Made by a program: the position numbers and the translations under genes
The notes under the pieces: model-generated
Seen by the model: the letters and a program-made list of their open reading frames with translations, nothing else
Databases searched by the model: none
Told to the model about the DNA's origin: nothing
From: a virus
Length of the DNA stretch: 64,000 nt
IMG/VR virus record: IMGVR_UViG_3300035661_003606
Location: 6,757 to 70,756 of that record
Reading direction: 5' to 3' (one strand)
Shown here: one piece after another, positions 1 to 10,017 of the stretch
Position numbering within the stretch: position 1 is the stretch's first letter
How the letters are laid out: the number at the start of each line of letters is the position of its first letter

Positions 1-19
1 TAACCACTATTATAATGAT

Positions 20-826
20 ATGTTGGACTGTCTACTTGGGTTCGACATATCGGCTAGTCAGTTTGGACTAAGACTATTAGAAAATGGAGATATTAACGTT
101 GTAGAGCCAAACAGGCAGGTCTTTGACATTAAAGCTAAGAAGTTTTTCTTAGTTCCTTCTTCCGTTGGTGACCCCAGAAATACGGTTAGGCGGCTATTGA
201 AATATTCCAATCAATATAACATCACGCCTTTTTTCACCAAAGGAACCTACCAAGTTTTATCTCTAGCGGGTGAACTAGGAGCAAAGGATAATGAATCGTC
301 CAAAAGTCAGTATTGCAAGGAAGACTATGCTTTCCCTATGAATCTTTCCTCGATATGGACCGCTCCATATATTGACCTTGCGTCAGGAGAGATGAAGGAC
401 GTCCTAGGAGACATGACTGACTGCTATGGAAGTGTCTATGATTTCTGGTTAGGCTTTAAACTGGCATTAGACAATAGACTGAAAGCTAATTGGAGTATGG
501 AACATTGCACTAGCGTTGCAATGGACATGAATAACAGTTGCAATTTCTTATTCATACCTATTCACCAACGTTTTGGTTGTTGGCCAATCGTTAGTGATTT
601 TATAAATGTAGCCCCAGACGCAGCCTATTATTTCCCGTCGCATTATCCGACGAGTGTAATTTTTAATAATGAGAGTGATTGGGGGCGGTTGGCTCAGGGT
701 ATCTATGACTTGACTACGGAAAACGACTTGGGACGAGCCATGAGCGTTCTCATGCAGCTTTCTGCGTTTCTGGATATTAAGTTACCAATGATGAGAGACA
801 TTCCATGGGATGGAGATAAGGCATGA
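20..826 (+). CDS. hypothetical protein
   Basis: 268-aa ORF overlapping the next gene (ATGA); no recognised motif. Confidence 0.6.
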   Translation: MLDCLLGFDISASQFGLRLLENGDINVVEPNRQVFDIKAKKFFLVPSSVGDPRNTVRRLLKYSNQYNITPFFTKGTYQVLSLAGELGAKDNESSKSQYCKEDYAFPMNLSSIWTAPYIDLASGEMKDVLGDMTDCYGSVYDFWLGFKLALDNRLKANWSMEHCTSVAMDMNNSCNFLFIPIHQRFGCWPIVSDFINVAPDAAYYFPSHYPTSVIFNNESDWGRLAQGIYDLTTENDLGRAMSVLMQLSAFLDIKLPMMRDIPWDGDKA

Positions 827-1308
827 TTATCGAAGATATCACTGCCCTAGAAGAAAAGTTTAAGGAAGAAATGATACGCCGGTGTCCCAATGCTCATAAT
901 CCAATTGTTAAAATTGGAGTAGAGCTCAAATCTTCTATCAATACCCCTAGCAGCAAGGAAATTGAAAACATACTCGTTAACATTCAATCAGACGAATATT
1001 ATATTCAAGTCGGAGTTATGATAGACGTGAACCGCCGAGGGGATACAAAACAACAGTTTAACATTACGACTTGGCCATTAAACGAACGAGCGGTCAAAGA
1101 AGAAACTGTGCAGCTAAGCGATATCGTTGGGTTCCGTCTTACGTTTAGTTCTCCAGCATATTGTGTTCGGCAGTTTGAGAGCAACGGAAAGGACATTAAC
1201 ATTAGTTCAATCGTGGAAAACATTAATAGGCAAATAGAAATGCTACAAGCGGTTGAGCAACTCCAACAGATCGTTAGGGGGATTATCCCAACGGCGGAGA
1301 CAACATGA
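823..1308 (+). CDS. hypothetical protein
   Basis: 161-aa ORF, GGAG upstream, ATGA overlaps at both ends. Confidence 0.65.
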   Translation: MIIEDITALEEKFKEEMIRRCPNAHNPIVKIGVELKSSINTPSSKEIENILVNIQSDEYYIQVGVMIDVNRRGDTKQQFNITTWPLNERAVKEETVQLSDIVGFRLTFSSPAYCVRQFESNGKDINISSIVENINRQIEMLQAVEQLQQIVRGIIPTAETT

Positions 1309-2171
1309 AGACAAATAAGATGACTATGTTCATCCAGACCAACCATGGGAAAAAGAATATTGACGACAACGTAATGAGGTGGAATGATGAACTTGCCCGC
1401 ATTTCTGCCATAAAGGAGCCTGTCGACGCTTGGACGAAAGCCGTAAAGACTGCCATTCTTAACCCTAGTATATGGAAATTGTTAGGCTATTATTCGGGAA
1501 CGGTAGAGGAAAGGGAAGTAGCACCAGCATTCCTACTTTCAGGACTCGAATACGTTATGATTGTTTTAGGCTTAGATAAAAACGACGTGGCCGAGATGGA
1601 AGTAAGCGTTTCCTCCCGTAGGTGGAAAAGTACTGGGACTCAGCCTCTAGAATGGAAATTATATGTTCAATTCGGAGACGGTATTTCTCCATCTGAAGGG
1701 AAAGAGGAGAATGGGGGCTATTTAGACTTGCAACTTATCTTTAAGCAGAGGCGACGGACTGTGGAGCTTGCAGAGATAAGCGCAAAATGCAATTTAGATT
1801 TCAACATTCCCGATTTTCTTGGTTGTAATATACAACTCATGATTAATAGCCAATTCTACCAGTCTGAGGGTAAGATGTTTCGTAATTTTAATGGGGATCA
1901 GATTGCAGTAGGAAACCCAGACATTGAGAAATTTAAAAGTACTATCCTTGCTTCTAAGTGTTGTAACAGTAAAGCTGTGACTGATATCTTTAAGGGGTTC
2001 AAGTCAAGCATGGGAAGTACGCAGTCTTCCCTGGTTAAAGGAACCCTCTTGAGTCTTTCTGGTATTAAGGAGAAGTCCGCTGAAGTGATTAGGGTTAGTG
2101 ACAAAGAAGTCCATGTAGGTATGCCCCACTCCTATAGCTCTTATGGTAATGTATTTATAATTAAGTTTTAA
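1305..2171 (+). CDS. hypothetical protein
   Basis: 288-aa ORF with GGAG SD, operon-like packing. Confidence 0.65.
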   Translation: MKTNKMTMFIQTNHGKKNIDDNVMRWNDELARISAIKEPVDAWTKAVKTAILNPSIWKLLGYYSGTVEEREVAPAFLLSGLEYVMIVLGLDKNDVAEMEVSVSSRRWKSTGTQPLEWKLYVQFGDGISPSEGKEENGGYLDLQLIFKQRRRTVELAEISAKCNLDFNIPDFLGCNIQLMINSQFYQSEGKMFRNFNGDQIAVGNPDIEKFKSTILASKCCNSKAVTDIFKGFKSSMGSTQSSLVKGTLLSLSGIKEKSAEVIRVSDKEVHVGMPHSYSSYGNVFIIKF

Positions 2172-2184
2172 TTCAGGAGGAATC

Positions 2185-3477
2185 ATGGAAAGCAAAGTTA
2201 GAACAAGATATATCGTTATTATCCCTAGGGGAGCAGGAAGTATACAATACGTGGCAATGAACGCTATTGTCGGTACATTCTATAGTAGCGGGGCCAACAA
2301 TAAGATATATGACTCTTTAGAGTTAATATTCCCAGGAGCTTATAAGCCTTTCCCAGAGAAAAGAGAGCTCATAGCTAAAGTTGCCGTGGAGGCCCTGTCA
2401 TACGCTCGCAATGTTCGCATTAAATATACTAATTGCGAAGCAGACGATGACGATCGTCACAGAATGGTGATTTTGGCTATTGCGAGTCATACGAAAAATA
2501 AGGACGTTTCTCATCTAGTTGTGCTGGAGAAATACCTTTCGGAAAAAGATATTATGGACCTTCCAACAACAGACAGCTCTAGGCATCGCACCTCGCCTGT
2601 CGGGATGGGGAACGTTCAGGGTGGCCCATCACAACAGCAGCAGCAATCGACTGGGTATATTTATATGCCTAAGAACGATATCCCTTTAATACTCAATAAG
2701 CACGAAGCCATGGTTCTTGATGATGTCCTTAACGCAATAGTTAATCGCAAAAGAATTTTTGAAGACTATGGCCTAAACCAGGTGATGGATACTAACAGCA
2801 TGTGTTTCTTGTTTCATGGCGCTCCTGGAACCGGAAAGACACAGGCTGCAAAGTATATAGCTAAGAAACTTAACATGCCTCTACTTGTGGTGGACCATAG
2901 TCAAATTGTTGATAAGTATGTTGGAGAAACTGAAAAGCGCATTGCTGAAGTTTTCAAGCGCGCAGAGCAGGAAAAGTGTATTCTCTTCTTTGATGAAGCC
3001 GACTCTTTGCTTGGGGCGCGCAGCGGAGCCGAGCACTCCTGGGAGATAAGCAAAGTTAACTCTCTTCTACAATCAATGGAAACATTTAACGGTGTAGCTA
3101 TTTTTGCTACTAACTATGCGTCACAGTTAGACCAAGCTGTTAATAGACGACTGTTGATGAAGGTAAACTTTGAACTCCCCGACCAAGAGGAGAGGGCTAA
3201 GATTTGGGAAGCTCTACTACCCGCTAAAATCCCCAAAGACCCGCTTGATTTTAAGGCTCTTGGTAAATATTTTATGACTGGAGGAGAGATTAAAAACGCT
3301 ATTATCTCTGCTACAGTAGAAGTAGCTAAAACAAATGCCAAACTAAACATGGATACTCTAAACAAAATGGCAGCTAAAGTAATCGGGGAACGTCTCTTCG
3401 ACCCATACAAAGAAGCCGACAAGGAGAGGTCTAAGAGAAGCCTCGGTTTTACTAATGTTCCCATGGAGCTCAAGTGA
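2185..3477 (+). CDS. AAA+ ATPase (classical CDC48/FtsH-like AAA domain) with unknown N-terminal domain
   Basis: Walker A GAPGTGKT, pore loop DKYVGETEK, Walker B LFFDEAD, sensor IFATN, Arg finger NRRL; AGGAGG SD. Confidence 0.9.
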   Translation: MESKVRTRYIVIIPRGAGSIQYVAMNAIVGTFYSSGANNKIYDSLELIFPGAYKPFPEKRELIAKVAVEALSYARNVRIKYTNCEADDDDRHRMVILAIASHTKNKDVSHLVVLEKYLSEKDIMDLPTTDSSRHRTSPVGMGNVQGGPSQQQQQSTGYIYMPKNDIPLILNKHEAMVLDDVLNAIVNRKRIFEDYGLNQVMDTNSMCFLFHGAPGTGKTQAAKYIAKKLNMPLLVVDHSQIVDKYVGETEKRIAEVFKRAEQEKCILFFDEADSLLGARSGAEHSWEISKVNSLLQSMETFNGVAIFATNYASQLDQAVNRRLLMKVNFELPDQEERAKIWEALLPAKIPKDPLDFKALGKYFMTGGEIKNAIISATVEVAKTNAKLNMDTLNKMAAKVIGERLFDPYKEADKERSKRSLGFTNVPMELK

Positions 3478-4124
3478 TTGAGAAAAATTGGTCCATCGAT
3501 AAAAGCACTACGCTTAAGAAGATAATCAACGAAATAGCCACTATAATTTTCAATGAGGTCCATACTTTCATTGCCGATGATAACGGATTAAACACTAAAA
3601 AGAAAATAGCTGATTACATTACCGACGCCCTTAAACATGACGATTTTATTACAGTAGAGTATGTTCGTGCCGACTGCACCGTCGCATACCACATAGCTAA
3701 AACCTATGGCAATCGGATTACCTTTAGTAGTGCCTTTGACTTTCCCGTGTCTAAGACAATGGAAAACGCTGGGTCATATTCTATTAAGTTTGACCTAGAC
3801 GAACAGTCAATCTGCATTGACACCTCCAAGGCAAATGGAATTATTCAACTCTACGGAGCAGTTAACGGGATGATTGAAAGCATGTCCTCGTTTAATTCTG
3901 GAACCTCTGCTCCTGCAAAAGTAAGTGAGCTCTATAAGGTCATGGAGGAAAGCGGATTTGCGCTAGAAGGAGATAAAACCTGGACTAAGAAATGGCAGAC
4001 GGAATACGGTCCAATCACTCTACACTTAAATTATAAAAATGATCTTACTGCTCTTACTGAACAAGATGTTTGTGCTGCTCAGTTAATCACAACTATTCTG
4101 GAGACCTTAAAGGTGAAATCATGA
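3474..4124 (+). CDS. hypothetical protein
   Basis: 216-aa ORF, GTGA overlap with upstream stop. Confidence 0.6.
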   Translation: MIEKNWSIDKSTTLKKIINEIATIIFNEVHTFIADDNGLNTKKKIADYITDALKHDDFITVEYVRADCTVAYHIAKTYGNRITFSSAFDFPVSKTMENAGSYSIKFDLDEQSICIDTSKANGIIQLYGAVNGMIESMSSFNSGTSAPAKVSELYKVMEESGFALEGDKTWTKKWQTEYGPITLHLNYKNDLTALTEQDVCAAQLITTILETLKVKS

Positions 4125-4420
4125 CTGAAAACGAAATCAAGCCCATAGAAGAACAGAAAACCGTTGTTAACGAAGTAGAAATTGTTTTGCAGAAGTTCCA
4201 AGATACCTCCAATATCTACTTCTGTAGTGAGTGCCGCAAGTTTATTAGACCAGACGTAGAAAAGGGAGAGTTCTTTTGGTATGTTCCATTGACGGGAGCG
4301 ACTCTATGTGGGACTGGTAGCTGCAAGCGGACTCATATGAGAAAGCTTCTCAAAAAAATTAGGCAGGCTGAAAATGTTGACCTAACAAAAAAAGAAGAAG
4401 ACCCATCGGACGAGACCTGA
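4121..4420 (+). CDS. small Cys-containing hypothetical protein (possible Zn binder)
   Basis: ATG 4121 overlaps upstream stop and follows AAGGTG; CSEC and CGTGSC motifs. Confidence 0.55.
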   Translation: MTENEIKPIEEQKTVVNEVEIVLQKFQDTSNIYFCSECRKFIRPDVEKGEFFWYVPLTGATLCGTGSCKRTHMRKLLKKIRQAENVDLTKKEEDPSDET

Positions 4421-4527
4421 ATATACCTTATCCCGCCAACTGTATTAGCACCTATCCACTCAATCACTTATATCGTTAAATCACCCAACAGTTACTTAAC
4501 CCGTAGTACTGAAAAAGGAGAGAAATT

Positions 4528-5628
4528 ATGAAGATGAATATCGAAGACGCTAAGGCCGCAATCAAGTCACTCGACGTTACTATTCCAGTTTTCCTGTGGG
4601 GACCCCCTGGAGTGGGAAAGTCTGCACTTGTGAAGCAGCTTGCCGAGGAAGTCGGAATGGGATTCAAAGATGTCCGCCTCACTACCATTGACCCAACTGA
4701 CCTTCGAGGTCTGCCATATATTTATGAGGGCAGGGCGTATTGGGCAAACCCAGTAATCTTGCCACAGAGGGCAGACGAAAAGAACGGAATAAAGGGAGAT
4801 GAGGAACATGGATATTTGCTCTTAGATGAATTGAATTCTGCTCACACTACCATTCAGGCTGGCGCCTATCAGTTGGTGCTTGACCGTAGGGTTGGTGAAT
4901 ATATTCTTCCCGATGGGTGGCGCATTATCGCTGCCGGTAACAGAGAAGAGGACCGTGGTGTTACTTTCCAGATGCCTCGCCCCCTACAGAATAGATTTGT
5001 CCATATTGAGATTGAGGTTGACAAAAAGATCTGGGTCAATTGGGCCATGAAGTCTGGAGTGTCACCAACTGTTATAGCTTTTATTGAGTCCCAACCTGGA
5101 ATGCTTAACCCGCAGGATAAGGATAAAACGAAAAAGGCTTTCCCCACTCCTCGCACCTGGGAGTATTCCAGCCGTATTATTGAAACGGTAAAGAATGAAG
5201 ACTTACTCATCCCATTGCTCCAGGGCACTATTGGAGATGCGGCAAGCCACCAATTTGTAAGTTTCCTTAAGCTGCGCCACAAGCTTCCAAATCTGGACAA
5301 GATTTTTGCTGGAAAGCAGGAGGAGTTGCCAACTGAGACCTCTCTTCAGTATGCTTTTTATGCTGCCCTTTGTGGCAAAGTGGATGATTTGGTCAAGGAA
5401 AAGGGCATCACTAAGCTCACTAAAGATGATAAGTTTATCGGTGGTTTGGTATATTGCATCACCAAATTGGAAAGAGAGTTTGTAGAGCTTATCGTTCGTC
5501 ATCTTTCTGAAAGGCAGGGTCAGCTTTTTGTCTCTATAATCAAAACCGCACCCGCTCTCGCAAAAGAACTCACTAAAATGTATGGTGAGATGATGACGGT
5601 TAGCATGAAATTCGGTGGTGGGAAATAG
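4528..5628 (+). CDS. MoxR-like/AAA_5 ATPase
   Basis: WGPPGVGKS, DPTDLRGLP, LLLDELN, IIAAGN, PLQNRF, PTPRTW; AAGGAG SD. Confidence 0.9.
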   Translation: MKMNIEDAKAAIKSLDVTIPVFLWGPPGVGKSALVKQLAEEVGMGFKDVRLTTIDPTDLRGLPYIYEGRAYWANPVILPQRADEKNGIKGDEEHGYLLLDELNSAHTTIQAGAYQLVLDRRVGEYILPDGWRIIAAGNREEDRGVTFQMPRPLQNRFVHIEIEVDKKIWVNWAMKSGVSPTVIAFIESQPGMLNPQDKDKTKKAFPTPRTWEYSSRIIETVKNEDLLIPLLQGTIGDAASHQFVSFLKLRHKLPNLDKIFAGKQEELPTETSLQYAFYAALCGKVDDLVKEKGITKLTKDDKFIGGLVYCITKLEREFVELIVRHLSERQGQLFVSIIKTAPALAKELTKMYGEMMTVSMKFGGGK

Positions 5629-5648
5629 AACGGTTTGGTGCTATATTT

Positions 5649-5677
5649 AAGGGAGTGGGAATTACCCCACTCCCTTT
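5649..5677 (+). terminator. stem-loop between the ATPase and vWA genes
   Basis: AAGGGAGTGGG-aattac-CCCACTCCCTT followed by a short T run. Confidence 0.5.
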
Positions 5678-5714
5678 AACTGGGTGTTAGCTGAAGTAGA
5701 TATAGGAGTTAAAA

Positions 5715-6932
5715 ATGGCAGATTTTCTGGCTGGTAAAAGCGATTCTGAAATTGCAAAGATTAAAATAGCGGCAGCTAAGAGAGAAGCTCATTCTAAATG
5801 TCCTTTCTTTGCGTTTCTTTTATTCGCTCCTAATTATAAAGAAATGCCAGACGAACTATGGACCAGTAGAGGCGGAGAGCCAACGATGGCAACTGACGGA
5901 GAGAATATTCTATATTCCGTTCAGTTTGTCAAGAACATTCCTATTGACCAGCTTATTGGCGTTCTTATACATGAAGTGTTGCACTGCGCTTTACTTCACG
6001 TCGTTAGAAAGGGTGTTCGTGATATTATTAAGTGGAACTATGCTATAGATTATGCTACCAATTCCATCATAACAAAAAATAATATAAGCCTCCCACCCGG
6101 AAGCCTATACGACCCGAAATATAATGACAAGAGTGCTGAAGAGATTTATATCGACATCTCTAAAAATCCGCCAAATATAAAGAAAGTAAAAATGTTTGAC
6201 ATGCATATGTTTGGAGACGATAAAGACGACAAGAAAAAGAACAATGGTGGAGGCCAGAGTTCTAGTGAAAAGTTCAAGGAGCAGATGTGGAAGTCTCACC
6301 TCGCTAACGCCGCTGTTCAGGCACGCCAACAGGGGAAGCTCCCAGCTGGGATGGAACGTATTATCGAAGGAGTTCTGGAAGATAAGATTCCTTGGCAGCA
6401 AATGCTTGCTCGCTATTTAAGCCCATTTGCTCTAAAAACTGATTATGATTGGTGCAAGCCTAATAAAAAGATGCTCCAGTCTGGTATCGTTCTTCCTGGG
6501 TTTAGCTCCGAAAGTCTCGAGATAGCAGTAGGAGTAGATACTTCTGGATCTATCAGCGAAAAAGACATCCAGTGTTTCCTTGGTGAAGTTCGAGGAATTA
6601 TGAGTGTGGCTCAGTCTTATAACATTCATATTATCGGATGTGATGCAGCCGCTAATGAAGAAAATTATCATCTTGTCACAGAATGTGACCCAACCCTTCC
6701 CAAAGGTCTTGGAGGCGGGGGCGGAACTGATTTTCGTCCCGTCTTTGACCTTGTGGAAAAGAAGGGTATCAGGCCGGCTGTACTTGTTTATTTCACCGAT
6801 GGGTATGGAACATTCCCTGAAAAGCCCCCAGCATATGACGTTATCTGGTGTGTAGTTCCTGGTGGAGTAGGCGCCGAACAGATTCCATGGGGCATGTATG
6901 TCAAGACAGAGTTTGAGCAAGAAGAAGGTTAG
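5715..6932 (+). CDS. HExxH metallopeptidase-like + vWA domain protein (DUF2201-like)
   Basis: ATDG..HEVLH N-domain; MIDAS VDTSGS, GGGGTDFRPVF, YFTDG. Confidence 0.9.
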   Translation: MADFLAGKSDSEIAKIKIAAAKREAHSKCPFFAFLLFAPNYKEMPDELWTSRGGEPTMATDGENILYSVQFVKNIPIDQLIGVLIHEVLHCALLHVVRKGVRDIIKWNYAIDYATNSIITKNNISLPPGSLYDPKYNDKSAEEIYIDISKNPPNIKKVKMFDMHMFGDDKDDKKKNNGGGQSSSEKFKEQMWKSHLANAAVQARQQGKLPAGMERIIEGVLEDKIPWQQMLARYLSPFALKTDYDWCKPNKKMLQSGIVLPGFSSESLEIAVGVDTSGSISEKDIQCFLGEVRGIMSVAQSYNIHIIGCDAAANEENYHLVTECDPTLPKGLGGGGGTDFRPVFDLVEKKGIRPAVLVYFTDGYGTFPEKPPAYDVIWCVVPGGVGAEQIPWGMYVKTEFEQEEG

Positions 6933-6953
6933 CTGTATATTTAAAGGATAGAG

Positions 6954-6975
6954 TGGGCCGCCTGCAGGCGGCCCA
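6954..6975. promoter_or_regulatory. perfect GC-rich palindrome/hairpin
   Basis: TGGGCCGCC-TGCA-GGCGGCCCA, intergenic, just upstream of a start codon. Confidence 0.45.
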
Positions 6976-6988
6976 GAAAGGAAATAAA

Positions 6989-7177
6989 ATGCCAGATAGA
7001 TTTATTTATAGCAATACGGGAGCACTTGCCTACCGAGTTTCGGACCAGGGGAGTAGTATCTTTATATATAATGCCCAAGGCCAATTAGCGTATAGATACG
7101 ACCGAGCTGCAAACATTACATATGATGCAACAGGTGGAATTGTTATGTTCGGTTCTATCCTACCGAACCTATCATAA
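6989..7177 (+). CDS. small protein with three short beta-repeats
   Basis: FIYSNTGALAY / FIYNAQGQLAY / ITYDATGGIV; AAAGGA SD before ATG 6989. Confidence 0.55.
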   Translation: MPDRFIYSNTGALAYRVSDQGSSIFIYNAQGQLAYRYDRAANITYDATGGIVMFGSILPNLS

Positions 7178-7395
7178 TGCTTCCTAACATGTGGTGGGGA
7201 TATCTTCACTCGAATGGAACTATTCAAGTCAAAAGATGGTGGGGAAACCGCGCAGACTATACCACTGATTGTGAAAATAGTCCCTTTGTTGTTAGCGTAG
7301 TCCAACCCTTTGAGGCTAATAGTAGAGAGGACGCTATGCAGATTGCACGTGCGCATTTGTTTCCAATCCCGCACATCATTCCAAAACACCAATGA
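7177..7395 (+). CDS. small hypothetical protein
   Basis: TAATG coupling; protein-like sequence WWGYLHSNGTIQVKRWW. Confidence 0.55.
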   Translation: MLPNMWWGYLHSNGTIQVKRWWGNRADYTTDCENSPFVVSVVQPFEANSREDAMQIARAHLFPIPHIIPKHQ

Positions 7396-7469
7396 ACGCA
7401 TTGTTGAACTTTTGGCCTCGAAAAAATGATGAATATTAAAGAAGCCGCATATAAGGACAGTAGGAGCTG

Positions 7470-7745
7470 GTGGTGAGCAAGAAACATATAAATAGAGAAC
7501 AAGAGCGACAGACAGTGAGACAAGAACAAAACTACGCGAACACACAGCGAATGCCGCTAGAACCACCTCGTTATGTTAAGCCTCCAGATTTCGATATTGT
7601 GATAGAGGGCTATGTTCCTTTCGGTGTTTTATGGAACAATATAAAAACTGAATGGCATAGCCGCTGGGATACTTTCACAAATGTCATCAAGCAACGAATA
7701 GTGAAATATCTGGTATCATGGCACCAACAAAACAGAAACCTATGA
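7470..7745 (+). CDS. hypothetical protein
   Basis: ORF after AGGAG filling the gap before the RCC1 array; start uncertain. Confidence 0.4.
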   Translation: MVSKKHINREQERQTVRQEQNYANTQRMPLEPPRYVKPPDFDIVIEGYVPFGVLWNNIKTEWHSRWDTFTNVIKQRIVKYLVSWHQQNRNL

Positions 7746-7753
7746 GCGACGAA

Positions 7754-8863
7754 ATGAAATCGAGAAAGAGGAGAAGTGAAGTAGGTAACACTAGCTCTAT
7801 TGCTTCAGTTTTAGAATTATCAAAAATTGTGTTCCTTATCGGTGGTGATTTCCTTACCTTGAAAAAAGACGGAACGGTCTGGGCCTGGGGGAAGTACAAT
7901 GGCAATGGCCAACTCGGTAACGGGACAAACACCGAGAGCAATGTTCCCGTCCAAGTTTCAGGGCTCACTGGGGTAACGGCCATCGCGGGGGGCGGTGCAC
8001 ATTCCCTCGCCTTGAAAAACGATGGTACGGTTTGGGCCTGGGGGTATAACGGCGATGGCGAGCTTGGCAACGGGACCAACATCAATAGTAATGTCCCCGT
8101 TCAAGTCTCAGGGCTCACGGGAATCACAGCTATCTCAGCGGGCCATTCTCATTCACTCGCCTTGAAAAATGACGGTACGGTCTGGGCCTGGGGGTGGAAC
8201 GGTTGGGGCCAACTCGGCAACGGGATCTGGGACAATAGCCAAGTTCCTGTTCGCGTTGCTGGGCTTACCCACATTATAGCTATCTCTTCTGGCTACACGC
8301 ATTCCATTGCCCTGAAAGACGATGGAACGGTCTGGGCGTGGGGATATAACAAATATGGACAACTCGGCAACGGAACTAGGGACGATAGCTATGTCCCCGT
8401 TCAAGTTGCAGGACTTACAGGGATTACGGCCATCGCCGGAGGTAATGACTATTCCCTCGCCTTGAAAAATGATGGGACGGTATGGGCCTGGGGGTGTAAT
8501 TATTGGGGTCAACTCGGCAACGGGACCTATACAGACAGAGATCTCCCAGTTCAAGTTTCATGGCTCACTGACGTTACGGCCATTGTTGGAAGTGGCGACC
8601 ATTCCCTTGCCTTGAAAAACGACGGCACGGTCTGGGCCTGGGGGTATAACGGCGAAGGCGAGCTTGGCAACGGGACCAACACGTGTAGCAATGTCCCCGT
8701 CCAGGTTTCAGGGCTTACCGGGGTCACCGCCATCGCGGGAGGTGGGGGACATTCCCTCGCCTTCAAAAATGATGGGACAATCTGGACCTGGGGACGTAAT
8801 AATTACGACCAACTCGGTAACTGGGGCAACACCGATAGCAATGTCCCCGTTCAGGTAACTTAG
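7754..8863 (+). CDS. RCC1-repeat beta-propeller protein (7 repeats)
   Basis: 50-aa repeats [25 protein letters not shown]..SNVPVQVSGL; start placed at MKS (7754) by analogy with paralogs, though the ORF extends to 7718. Confidence 0.92.
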   Translation: MKSRKRRSEVGNTSSIASVLELSKIVFLIGGDFLTLKKDGTVWAWGKYNGNGQLGNGTNTESNVPVQVSGLTGVTAIAGGGAHSLALKNDGTVWAWGYNGDGELGNGTNINSNVPVQVSGLTGITAISAGHSHSLALKNDGTVWAWGWNGWGQLGNGIWDNSQVPVRVAGLTHIIAISSGYTHSIALKDDGTVWAWGYNKYGQLGNGTRDDSYVPVQVAGLTGITAIAGGNDYSLALKNDGTVWAWGCNYWGQLGNGTYTDRDLPVQVSWLTDVTAIVGSGDHSLALKNDGTVWAWGYNGEGELGNGTNTCSNVPVQVSGLTGVTAIAGGGGHSLAFKNDGTIWTWGRNNYDQLGNWGNTDSNVPVQVT

Positions 8864-8966
8864 TATAACGCCTAGTTTTCGAGTCAATGGTCGAAGATTC
8901 TGTGATATCATCAGTGCGTAATAGATTAGAAACGTTTGCACCACTTGAGCAGAAAGTGACAGTCAA
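8864..8966 (+). repeat. conserved RCC1-array intergenic spacer, copy 1
   Basis: 103 nt, closely similar to 9915-10017 and 12284-12380 (TCGAGTCAAT..ATTAGA.ACGTTTGCA..TTGAGCAGAAAG). Confidence 0.9.
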
Positions 8967-9914
8967 ATGAAATCGGTCGGGATTGCAAAACTATTTGATA
9001 CATCTTCAGTTCCAGTGACCATTATATTCGGTAATGGATTGGGGCATGTTATTGCTTTTCAGAGTGATGGGACGGTTTGTATTGGGGGAGGAGGTAACGG
9101 TACCGACGAACTTACAAACAAAATCAACACCAATAACAAGGTTCTAACCCCGATTTCGAGGCTCACGGGGATTACGGCTGTCGCGAAGGGCTTTTCCCAT
9201 TCCCTCGCCTTGAAAGATGACGGGACGGTATGGGCCTGGGGTGCTAATAGTTACGGCCAGCTTGGCAATGGGATCTGGGACAGTAGCGGTCTCCCCGTTC
9301 AGGTTTCAGGGCTTACCGGCGTTACGGCCATCTCGGTGGGCGGTAACCATTCTCTTGCCTTGAGAAATGACAGAACTGTCTGGGCGTGGGGGCGCAATAA
9401 TCACGGCGAAATCGGTAACGGGACGAATACCAATAGCAATATCCCCGTTCAGGTTTCAGGGCTCACGGGGATCACGACCATCACTGGGGGCGGATATCAT
9501 TCCCTTGCCTTGAAAAATGACGGTACGGTCTGGGCCTGGGGGGGTAACTGGGACGGCCAACTCGGCAACGGGACTAGGGATGATAGCAATGTTCCTATTC
9601 AAGTTTCAGGGCTCACTGGGATTACGGACATCGTTGGGGGTGGTTGGCATTCCCTCGCCTTAAAAAACGACGGTACGGTCTGGGCCTGGGGGTGGAACGG
9701 TTGGGGCCAACTCGGCAACGGGGTCTCGGGCAACAATAACAATCTTCCAGCTCAGGTTTCAGGGCTTATAGGGATCACGGCCATCACGGGGGGCGGTGCA
9801 CATTCCATCGCATTGAAAAGTGATGGGACGGTCTGGGCGTGGGGGCGCAATAATCACGGCCAACGCGGTAATGGAGCCAACACCGATAGCAATGTCCCAG
9901 TTCAGGTGACTTAG
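8967..9914 (+). CDS. RCC1-repeat protein (6 repeats, first degenerate)
   Basis: same 150-nt repeat; ends SNVPVQVT* like the first gene. Confidence 0.92.
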   Translation: MKSVGIAKLFDTSSVPVTIIFGNGLGHVIAFQSDGTVCIGGGGNGTDELTNKINTNNKVLTPISRLTGITAVAKGFSHSLALKDDGTVWAWGANSYGQLGNGIWDSSGLPVQVSGLTGVTAISVGGNHSLALRNDRTVWAWGRNNHGEIGNGTNTNSNIPVQVSGLTGITTITGGGYHSLALKNDGTVWAWGGNWDGQLGNGTRDDSNVPIQVSGLTGITDIVGGGWHSLALKNDGTVWAWGWNGWGQLGNGVSGNNNNLPAQVSGLIGITAITGGGAHSIALKSDGTVWAWGRNNHGQRGNGANTDSNVPVQVT

Positions 9915-10017
9915 TATAACAGCTAATTGTCGAGTCAATGGTCGCAGATTATGTAATATCACCAGTGCGTAGGGAATTAGAGACGTTTGCATCATTTGAG
10001 CAGAAAGGAACAGTCAA
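9915..10017 (+). repeat. conserved RCC1-array intergenic spacer, copy 2
   Basis: 103 nt, aligns with 8864-8966. Confidence 0.9.
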
